A DNA stretch of 32,000 bases from Candidatus Woesearchaeota archaeon (lineage in GTDB: Archaea > Nanobdellota > Nanobdellia > Woesearchaeales > JACJVW01). Location of the stretch: assembly GCA_046496745.1 (NCBI GenBank), contig JAWOGQ010000090.1, forward strand, positions 7,861 through 39,860, in the 5' to 3' direction. The position numbers were made by a program, and so were the translations under genes. This document shows, in pieces, positions 1-7,175 of this stretch (its first letter is position 1; every line of letters begins with the position of its first letter). Under the pieces are notes generated by a model. It saw only the letters and a list, made by a program, of their open reading frames with translations, had not been told where the DNA came from and did no database searches.

Positions 1-642
1 ATCTCAAACCTTCTTGTGGGTAACCAGGGCCTTTTCAGGAGATTTCTCAAGCAGCGGCCTAAGGGGATGATACTGCTTCTTGATAATGCTGTAGCCTTGC
101 CAAGGAAGAGTTATGAATTGCTGCAATACTACTTTGATCAGGATTATATCAAGTCAATCGTTATAACAACAAAAGATCACAAGAAACTGGAGCTTCCAGG
201 AAGCCTTAAGGACAGGATTGGAAAACGGATTTTCAAGACCAAATCGCTATCCATGGACGAGGCTGTGGAACTTGTGCTTGACAGGCTGAACCAGGACCTG
301 ATCTCAAAGGATAACCTGGAGAAGCTGTTCATACTTTCAGACAAGAACATGAAGAAGTTCCTTGCAAACTGTGAGACAGTCCTCAAGTACATGGTGGACA
401 ATGATCTTGAAGAGATCGATTTCAAGACAATAAGCAAGGTTGCCGGAAATGACGAGGGAGATGAGGATGAAGAGGATGTCTTTATCTGCACAGAATGCGG
501 TGAAGAGCTTGTCAAGGTAGGTGAGCATTACAGGTGCAAGAACTGTGACATGTATTGTCCGGTCTGTGGAGTGCTTATTGAGGAAGAAGATTATGAATGC
601 CCAAACTGTGGTGTGCAGTTTGAAGATGAAGAGGATGAGTAA
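1..642 (+). CDS. AAA+ ATPase paralog (ORC/Cdc6- or ExeA-like, AAA_22-type), 5'-truncated by the window edge, with acidic linker and C-terminal double zinc ribbon
   Basis: The frame is open from base 1, so the GTG at 16 is probably internal. A Walker-B-like KGMILLLDNA lies near the start and no Walker A is present in the window. It aligns by eye (~30% identity) with the downstream paralog at 644..1333. The tail has four Cys pairs (CTEC, CKNC, CPVC, CPNC) after a DEGDEDEED linker. Confidence 0.6.
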   Translation: MSNLLVGNQGLFRRFLKQRPKGMILLLDNAVALPRKSYELLQYYFDQDYIKSIVITTKDHKKLELPGSLKDRIGKRIFKTKSLSMDEAVELVLDRLNQDLISKDNLEKLFILSDKNMKKFLANCETVLKYMVDNDLEEIDFKTISKVAGNDEGDEDEEDVFICTECGEELVKVGEHYRCKNCDMYCPVCGVLIEEEDYECPNCGVQFEDEEDE

Positions 643-643
643 A

Positions 644-1333
644 ATGTGGTACGAAGAATACGATTTTATCTCAAATCCATTTACCATAAAGCCACAGGAT
701 AGCTCCGAAGATTTCTTCGGGCAAAAGACCCTTATCAAGAAGGTGATAAACCATGTCAAGAAAGGTGAGGTCTGTGTTGTAAGGGGTAAGTATGGTACTG
801 GGAAGACAACTATACTGAAAGGCATAATCGACATGTACAAGGGCAAGCGTAAGGTTGCTTATTACAATGCTTATACTTCTGAGAGGAGTATTGATTACGA
901 GGATATCCTTGTCCAGGGAGGAAGCAAGATGTCAACCTTCTTTGGATTGAAGAGCAAGGGGATGATACTGCTTCTTGATGAGGCTCATAACCTGATGAAA
1001 GGAGATTTCGAAAGGCTTGCAAACTATTATCTTGATGGTTATTTCAAGTCAGTCATACTTGTAACAAGCAAAGTGGATTTCACTTTTCCAAGCATAGTGA
1101 AGGACCTTGTCAGTGACAGGGACTATGAGCTGGAGAAGATGGGTGAAGAGGATGCTTTCAAGATGGTTGAGAGCAGGCTTGAAGGGGTTGAGCTTCTTGA
1201 CAAGAAGACAGTCAAGGATATTCTCAAGAAAAGCGATTCACCAAGGGATTTTCTCATGCGATGCGAGGATGCCTGCCGTTCAGCTGTTGAACGGGGTTCT
1301 GAAAAGGTCGAAGAGAAGGATATTCCTGCCTGA
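644..1333 (+). CDS. AAA+ ATPase (ORC/Cdc6- or ExeA-like, AAA_22-type)
   Basis: Walker A GKYGTGKTT and Walker B GMILLLDEAH are present. The N-terminus MWYEEYDFISNPF resembles the ExeA/AAA_22 leader, and the C-terminal SPRDFLMRCEDACRSAVERG resembles the Cdc6 lid (GDAR-type) segment. I chose the ATG at 644 because GAGG lies 9 nt upstream and it starts just after the upstream stop. ATG 626 and 635 are in-frame alternatives. The track start at 521 would overlap the upstream gene by ~120 nt. Confidence 0.75.
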   Translation: MWYEEYDFISNPFTIKPQDSSEDFFGQKTLIKKVINHVKKGEVCVVRGKYGTGKTTILKGIIDMYKGKRKVAYYNAYTSERSIDYEDILVQGGSKMSTFFGLKSKGMILLLDEAHNLMKGDFERLANYYLDGYFKSVILVTSKVDFTFPSIVKDLVSDRDYELEKMGEEDAFKMVESRLEGVELLDKKTVKDILKKSDSPRDFLMRCEDACRSAVERGSEKVEEKDIPA

Positions 1334-1334
1334 A

Positions 1335-1352
1335 CGAAAGATTTAAAAAATA
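1335..1352 (+). promoter_or_regulatory. BRE/TATA-like archaeal promoter for the 1374 ORF
   Basis: CGAAAGATTTAAAAAATA. The TATA part is centred ~28 nt upstream of ATG 1374, a spacing consistent with a leaderless transcript. It matches the consensus seen at 7139, 8860 and 15171. Confidence 0.45.
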
Positions 1353-1373
1353 CTTTTTTTCTCTTACTATATA

Positions 1374-1580
1374 ATGCCAAAAAAATGTATTCTATGTGGG
1401 GAACCTGCACTTTATTGTGTAAAGGGTACGTCTGATTATTATTGCGAGGAGTGCGCAAAAGAGAATTTTGCGGATATTGCCTTGCTGGTAAGAGTTGAAG
1501 ACATAGCCCGTAAACTTAAGGAGCGCCTGGATGAGATCAAGGTGGATGAAGACGGCCAGGTCATTGTAGATAAGGATTAG
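1374..1580 (+). CDS. small zinc-ribbon protein (68 aa), family not recognised
   Basis: Two Cys pairs (CILC ... CEEC) are followed by a charged helical tail. A promoter-like element sits at the right distance upstream. The stop overlaps the convergent gene's stop by 4 nt. Confidence 0.55.
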   Translation: MPKKCILCGEPALYCVKGTSDYYCEECAKENFADIALLVRVEDIARKLKERLDEIKVDEDGQVIVDKD

Positions 1581-2107
1581 ACTTCTTTTTCAAGCTCTCG
1601 TAAGGGTATTGAAAGCTTTCCTGGAACGAATCTAATGGCTCCTGCCCATGATTTATACTTGAAATGCGCAGTTCTTACTTCTTCTCCTACTAACAAGTCT
1701 GAGTTGTGGAGCTTCTCAGGGAAATCGCATTTCTTCTGTTTTGCGGCAATGAAGGCGTAGTATCTTCCTCCCCCCCGGGAGAAACGGATTGCTGCGAGGA
1801 TGTGTTTCCCTTTTCTTCCAACGACTCTTGTCTTTACTGAAAGATAGCTTGACATCTCAGGCATTATTGCCTCAAACATCGGGTCAAGGACAGTATCCTT
1901 TTCCTGGGAGGTCTTTACTTCTGGCTCTTTTTTCAGGATATCTCTCATCTCATTTTTTATCCGGGGTGTCTCTATGAATTCGAGGGATGGAACTTTCTTT
2001 ATCAGAAGATATATCCCATAGGCTGCAGCTGCAGCAAGAATAACGTACAATAGAGGGTCAATTCCGGGGCTGATTATGGTTCTCACTATCCTGATTGTTC
2101 CTCGCAA
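1577..2107 (-). CDS. membrane-anchored hypothetical protein
   Basis: An N-terminal hydrophobic helix (LLYVILAAAAAYGIYLLI) precedes a ~130-aa soluble domain. The track start is TTG at 2107. GTG at 2086 lies ~29 nt from a GTTTAAAT element on this strand and is an alternative start. No family recognised. Confidence 0.5.
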   Translation of the reverse strand: MRGTIRIVRTIISPGIDPLLYVILAAAAAYGIYLLIKKVPSLEFIETPRIKNEMRDILKKEPEVKTSQEKDTVLDPMFEAIMPEMSSYLSVKTRVVGRKGKHILAAIRFSRGGGRYYAFIAAKQKKCDFPEKLHNSDLLVGEEVRTAHFKYKSWAGAIRFVPGKLSIPLRELEKEV

Positions 2108-2160
2108 AGTATTTAAACTTTTTGTGAGTCAATATTTGAAGTGTTGTACAGGATCTGACC

Positions 2161-2176
2161 AAAAAATATTTAAGAA
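2161..2176 (+). promoter_or_regulatory. possible TATA-containing promoter of the 2210-6956 operon
   Basis: AAAAAATATTTAAGAA lies ~40 nt upstream of GTG 2210. This would leave a short leader carrying the GGGGGG Shine-Dalgarno-like run at 2199-2204. Confidence 0.3.
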
Positions 2177-2209
2177 TGTTCTACTATACAGTGAAAACGG
2201 GGGGACAAC

Positions 2210-4696
2210 GTGGACTTTACTGAAGCATTAAAGCATATTGATGATTTCACTTTCTCTAAAGATATCTCAGATTATCTTGATTCAGAGATAGATAAATATT
2301 CTAATGGTGGTTATGTCAGGCTTTCTGATCTTGTAAGTATGATTGATGAGAATCTTTATCGGAGTATCCGACCAGAAACTGTTGTAAAAAAGGAGGAAGC
2401 ACAGAAAGCATTGCGTTCAATCATGCTTGAGCATCCAGAGGGATTCGGTGATTATATGCAGAATCTTGAGGAACGTCTGGAGGTTCAGGCTGATCCTTCT
2501 CAAGACTATAGTTCTATGCTTGAGCATTATGCGCGACAGAATCGGCAGAAAAGTAATGATGCGGTTCCATTGTCCAGGCTGGTCAGCCTGTTCTATGATG
2601 ACCCAAATCCTAATACTGTAAAGAATAAGGTCTATAATGTAAAGCCCCATCTCCTGGAGGACCTGGAGGATAAGCTTATCTGCAAGACTTCAAGGGTATC
2701 GGTGCCTATGGAGAATGTTGAGGAAGTGGTTGGTGAAATATCAGCCCATTTCCATGAAACTGCATGGGATAATGTCATGGCTAACCTTTCCAGGGAAGTC
2801 TCCAGTATTGATGCTTTGACTTATAAGCCTGATAAGACAAGGAATAAGTCCAGTATTGATACTTTTGATAGGCAGGAGAACACTGACGAGAAATGGAATG
2901 AGGAGGAACAGTTCAATGTTGGTGCTTTTGATGGTCAGGCATATAATGAGAACCATTTCAGTGATGAATTGAATGCTTATTGCCAGGATAACCTTCAAAG
3001 GGGAATGATCCCTTTTAGCAGTCTCCTGGCATTGTTCTATCCTAAAAATGCCCGGCAGGCTGTATTTGCACGGACCAACAGGATAAAGGAGGAATTGAAG
3101 GAAGGCAAATTGACTTATCTACAGGATAAATCAGAGATAATAACAACAGGGCGAAATGAGAAGCTTATGGTTCATCCTGATTATGCTCCTGATGTGGTAA
3201 GGTATTTCATGACAGATAATGAAAGGTTAGATCATTTCCGGAAGAATATTTCTTATGCTAATAGGTCGGCTAATAGCTCAGGGATGTCTGATGCTTCTTT
3301 AGAATCATGCATCAGGAAAAAATTCTCCTCGTTTGAAACACATGAACAGGATTACATGCTTGAAAATCTTAATGGCGAGTATAGTCCTTTGAAGTTGCTA
3401 CATGCATCAGTGGATGCTTATCTTGAGATGCCTGCCAGTGAAAGAAGCCATTACAGCAGGAAAGAGGCTGTATCTTATGTATCAGATAAGCTTGGTATTG
3501 ATCCAGAAGATGCTAATGAGATCATACCTGGTGAGTTCTTGTTTCGCGTGGTAGCGACAAGGGATCTTGTGGACAAGAAAAAGCTTGAAGATTTTCTGGC
3601 TGAAACTAATTATTCTGAAAAGCCTGAAGTGACTGGAATTCCAGGTAACCCAGTATCTCCTGCATCGTCTTATGAATCAGCAGATTCCTCTGCAGGAATG
3701 GCGATTGCTCCTGATAAGGATTTGCCTGAATCTTCTGAAGATAAAACCTTATCCTCTGATAAATCATTTTCAGGAGAAGATACTATTCTTGTCAAAGACC
3801 CTGAAACAAGATCTATCTATGATGAAAGTCCTGATTCTTCCGATTCTGTCAAAGACCCTGGAATTGATACTACTTATGATAAACCTGCTACATTACCTGA
3901 ATCCTTTGGTAAATCAACTGGATCCTTTGATAAATCAGTTGAATCTTTTGAAGGGTTAGATGATACTGCTCCTGTTAAAGATTCTGAGATAGCTGATACT
4001 GTTCATGGTCCTGAGACAATTGATATCACTTATGATAAGGGTTCTTCCGATTCAGTTCAAGGGCCTGAGATAATATCCCGGGAGAAGCTTTATGCAACTA
4101 ATGCAAAAAAGTTTCTCAAACAAGTGAATCCTTATCTTTCGCCTGCGCTTATAGATGATATCCTTAGAAGGGCGGATAATACGGTCGAGAAACAGCGAAA
4201 GTTTTTTACCACCTCTGCTTTGATTGATAGTTTCCTGCAGATGGAGGATTGCCAGTTTGAGGAACTAAGAATCAAGGAACAGTATTCCTTAGCACCAAAC
4301 GAGGTCGTTGGTTATGTGGATCATTCACGTTTTGTTGATTCTTTGCCAAAGGAGGAACTTGAGCAATTTGGTTCCCTGAATTCCTTCATAATAAAACACA
4401 GGTTAACCGGGCCTTATACAAGGAATGGAAATGTTTGCAGGGCATCATATGACTTATTGAAGGACCATCTTAAGGTATCAATCAAGAGTATCCCTGAGTA
4501 CCAGCCGCCTACATGGATGGCAGGAGAAACAGAATACACTGATTTTAAGGGTGCGGTTGACATGATGGGAATACGGATGAGCGAGTTTACAAAATACGCT
4601 GATAGATTCACACTTGAGGATTTTGGGGTCACTGGAGTCCCTTTGCATGAAGTCATTGATATAAAGAACAGGGAGCTTTCAAATGGGATTAAATGA
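2210..4696 (+). CDS. large hypothetical protein (828 aa), upstream partner of the sigma-70-like gene
   Basis: A long uninterrupted ORF with a GTG start preceded by GGGGGG, overlapping the downstream gene by 14 nt. It contains two copies of a ~30-aa [VI]P.S.L..LFY module (nt 2564-2659 and 3008-3100). It also has a Ser/Asp/Pro-rich degenerate-repeat region (nt ~3617-4075) and a C-terminal HTH-like segment (IRMSEFTKYADRF). No known family recognised by eye. Confidence 0.8.
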   Translation: MDFTEALKHIDDFTFSKDISDYLDSEIDKYSNGGYVRLSDLVSMIDENLYRSIRPETVVKKEEAQKALRSIMLEHPEGFGDYMQNLEERLEVQADPSQDYSSMLEHYARQNRQKSNDAVPLSRLVSLFYDDPNPNTVKNKVYNVKPHLLEDLEDKLICKTSRVSVPMENVEEVVGEISAHFHETAWDNVMANLSREVSSIDALTYKPDKTRNKSSIDTFDRQENTDEKWNEEEQFNVGAFDGQAYNENHFSDELNAYCQDNLQRGMIPFSSLLALFYPKNARQAVFARTNRIKEELKEGKLTYLQDKSEIITTGRNEKLMVHPDYAPDVVRYFMTDNERLDHFRKNISYANRSANSSGMSDASLESCIRKKFSSFETHEQDYMLENLNGEYSPLKLLHASVDAYLEMPASERSHYSRKEAVSYVSDKLGIDPEDANEIIPGEFLFRVVATRDLVDKKKLEDFLAETNYSEKPEVTGIPGNPVSPASSYESADSSAGMAIAPDKDLPESSEDKTLSSDKSFSGEDTILVKDPETRSIYDESPDSSDSVKDPGIDTTYDKPATLPESFGKSTGSFDKSVESFEGLDDTAPVKDSEIADTVHGPETIDITYDKGSSDSVQGPEIISREKLYATNAKKFLKQVNPYLSPALIDDILRRADNTVEKQRKFFTTSALIDSFLQMEDCQFEELRIKEQYSLAPNEVVGYVDHSRFVDSLPKEELEQFGSLNSFIIKHRLTGPYTRNGNVCRASYDLLKDHLKVSIKSIPEYQPPTWMAGETEYTDFKGAVDMMGIRMSEFTKYADRFTLEDFGVTGVPLHEVIDIKNRELSNGIK

Positions 4697-6956
4697 TTTG
4701 TTGACGGTTGAGGATACTAAATGGGTGCATGAACAACAGCTTATAGATTATGGCATGAAAGGGTATCTTAACAAGCTTGTATGGTCAAAGGATGATGAGC
4801 ATGGTTCATCTTATCTTGCATGCGAGGTAAAAGGCATGCTCCTGAGAGAAGGGCTTGTCTCGCGTAATGGTTATAGCGGGTTTGTTGATCCGCTGAAGCT
4901 TGCAACAACACTTGCGAGAAATTATGATATGAGTGTGGGACAGATTCTCGGAAGAATCGAGGAAGATCAGAGTTTATGGGACGAATATGTGGAAGATAAT
5001 CAGATACAAAGGGGGGTTCCTGCTGAGCGTGTGAGCGACTTATTCTATGGGAAGAGCCAGAAGTTCTCGATTGAGCATATGGATCGTGTGAATACTGCTG
5101 TAAAAGAAGATATCCCTCCTATATCTATAGATAGCACGAATTGCAACCCATTCCAGGCGCTGGCTTATCTACTTGAGAATGTGGGTAAGAAGAGTGCAGA
5201 AGAGATGGCATATGAGATCGGAGAGGATACAACAAAGATTGAGCTTTTTCTCTATAAGAATGATTTTTTAGTGCTTACAGAGGATGAATTGAGTGAGAGG
5301 CTGGCAAGATACAAGAAAGGGGATGTCGAGTTTCCAAGTACTTTCTCAGATAAATATGATGACATGTCAATCTCTGAGTTCGTGAAAAAGACAAATGTCT
5401 CTTATGGGGATACGCTGAAGCTTACGCATGCAGGATTACTGGAGAGTTATGTCACTTATCTGAAATCTGAACATACTGGTTCTCATCCGGTGCATAAGAT
5501 TACAGGAAGAAGCATAATCTATCATCTGAGAGAATTGCGTAACGAGGAATACCAGAAAAAGGTTGACGAGGCACTTGCTATAGATGATATCCCCTGGGAC
5601 AATAAGAAGGGAAAAGAGTTGGATTCATGGTCAAAATATGGAGTCTCTCCTTTCAAGAGACATATCAACCAGCTGAAAAAGATTCCTGTCTTCACGAGGG
5701 AAGAGGAAAAGGCACACTTTGAAAAGATAAATCAGGAGAAAGATAATATCCTATCTGAGGTGGCTTCAACAAAATATATGCAGTCTGAACTCGAAAAGTT
5801 ATGTGAGCATGCAGAGAAGGGTTCAAGGGGATTCTTGAGAGCTTATCATCATAAGATACTCGATGGAGCAGATGTTGAAGAAGTAAGGGAGAACTTTCTT
5901 GAACAGTACTCCAGGTTTAAAGAAGGGGAGGCTGATGTGAGATCCCTTGATCTGTCATACCGGATAACAGAGAGGGTTGTCAGGAATCTGAAGAATGTAT
6001 GCTGGGATCTCAGGATACTGGATCAGAAGAAGGCTACTTTTGATGAACAGATAAACAGGGTAGGTTCTGCATCTGATCATGAATTGGCAAGGCGGGTGAA
6101 GTATAATCGACAGATGTCAAGAAAAATTCAGGGCAAAAAGGAAAGTCTACTTAATGATTTTGAGATGACGCAGGAGGAGCTTGAAAGCAAGATGGAAAGG
6201 ATTGTATCAAGTGAGGCCAATATCGAACACCTTACGCATGAACTTGTCCTGAGGAATGCCAGGATCCTGTCATACATGTCTTTGCCTCATCAATATTCTT
6301 ATTCAGTAGAGGGTCTTATGCATGCTGCTGAGTTGTTCGATCCGAAAAAGGGTAACAGGTTCATGACATATGCTCTTTCCTGGATCAGACAGAGCATTAA
6401 GCGTTCAAAGCATAATACCGGGTCTACAATCAGAAAACCAGTCCATATATGGAGTAAGGTTGAGGCCATGACTGAGACAGAGATAGATTTCATGCATCAA
6501 TACAAGCGGCCACCTACCATGAAGGAGCACTGGAAGGTATACAATGAGAAATCAGAGGAGGATATCTCTTTCAAGAGATTCCAGGAACTCAAGATAATTG
6601 CTGCAGATACTGTTTCTTTGGATTCTCCTGTTAATGGAGGCAACAGTTTTGAGAGAAATGAGAGTAGCCTGATCGATTTTATCGAAGGAAAGGGCAGCGA
6701 GCATTACCTGACTCCTGAGAAATTAGTCGAGAAAAATCAATTAAAGGACAGAACTCAAAAACTGATGGCTGAACTGACTGCAAGGGAATCAAAAGTCCTT
6801 CGCATGCGTTTTGGTATAGGTTATGAGCCGCATTCTCTTGAAGAGGTAGGATCTGACCTTGAAGTCACAAGGGAGCGTGTCAGACAGTTGGAAAAGAAAG
6901 GTCTCAATAAACTCAAGCATTACAAAAGGTCGAGGCAACTCAAGCCTTTTTCATAG
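4683..6956 (+). CDS. sigma-70-family protein (regions 1.2, 2, 3, 4 present) with a novel ~320-aa N-terminal extension
   Basis: Region 1.2: SPFKRHINQLKKIPVFTREEEKAHFEKI. Region 2: GNRFMTYALSWIRQSIKRS...STIRKPVH. Region 4: LTARESKVLRMRFGIGYEPHSLEEVGSDLEVTRERVRQLEKKGLNKLKH, near-identical to the RpoD LTAREAKVLRMRFGI...LEEVG..F.VTRERIRQIE.KALRKLRH. AGGGAG lies 8 nt upstream of ATG 4683. The frame has a stop at 4662-4664, so 4683 is the first possible start. Confidence 0.9.
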   Translation: MGLNDLLTVEDTKWVHEQQLIDYGMKGYLNKLVWSKDDEHGSSYLACEVKGMLLREGLVSRNGYSGFVDPLKLATTLARNYDMSVGQILGRIEEDQSLWDEYVEDNQIQRGVPAERVSDLFYGKSQKFSIEHMDRVNTAVKEDIPPISIDSTNCNPFQALAYLLENVGKKSAEEMAYEIGEDTTKIELFLYKNDFLVLTEDELSERLARYKKGDVEFPSTFSDKYDDMSISEFVKKTNVSYGDTLKLTHAGLLESYVTYLKSEHTGSHPVHKITGRSIIYHLRELRNEEYQKKVDEALAIDDIPWDNKKGKELDSWSKYGVSPFKRHINQLKKIPVFTREEEKAHFEKINQEKDNILSEVASTKYMQSELEKLCEHAEKGSRGFLRAYHHKILDGADVEEVRENFLEQYSRFKEGEADVRSLDLSYRITERVVRNLKNVCWDLRILDQKKATFDEQINRVGSASDHELARRVKYNRQMSRKIQGKKESLLNDFEMTQEELESKMERIVSSEANIEHLTHELVLRNARILSYMSLPHQYSYSVEGLMHAAELFDPKKGNRFMTYALSWIRQSIKRSKHNTGSTIRKPVHIWSKVEAMTETEIDFMHQYKRPPTMKEHWKVYNEKSEEDISFKRFQELKIIAADTVSLDSPVNGGNSFERNESSLIDFIEGKGSEHYLTPEKLVEKNQLKDRTQKLMAELTARESKVLRMRFGIGYEPHSLEEVGSDLEVTRERVRQLEKKGLNKLKHYKRSRQLKPFS

Positions 6957-7138
6957 GGAAATCCTCAACTAAATTTTTTCATAAATTAATGCTTGCACTC
7001 AATCGTTTATCCTGCGGATCCTTTAGATATTGCCTTGCGTAACTTCTTTTATAGGTGTCATCAATCAGTACCGCATAAACCTGTTATTCCTGTTTGCTGC
7101 ATTTGAGTGTACGCATTCTATGGTTTCTGGAAAGCGCT

Positions 7139-7155
7139 AGAAAGATTTATATAAG
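7139..7155 (+). promoter_or_regulatory. BRE/TATA archaeal promoter
   Basis: AGAAAGATTTATATAAG, with the TATA centre ~26 nt upstream of ATG 7176. This implies a leaderless mRNA. Confidence 0.5.
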
Positions 7156-7175
7156 TATATCCTTGATAAAAATGC

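Noticed and set aside
521-643. The track's upstream start (521) for the second AAA+ gene
   Set aside because: It would overlap the first gene's zinc-ribbon coding region by ~120 nt in another frame. The ExeA-like N-terminus begins at ATG 644, which has a GAGG upstream.
177-846. Minus-strand ORFs 177..515 and 337..846, antisense to the AAA+ genes
   Set aside because: They are Ser/Leu-rich, low-complexity translations with no motifs. The plus-strand genes carry Walker motifs and zinc ribbons, so these are typical shadow ORFs.
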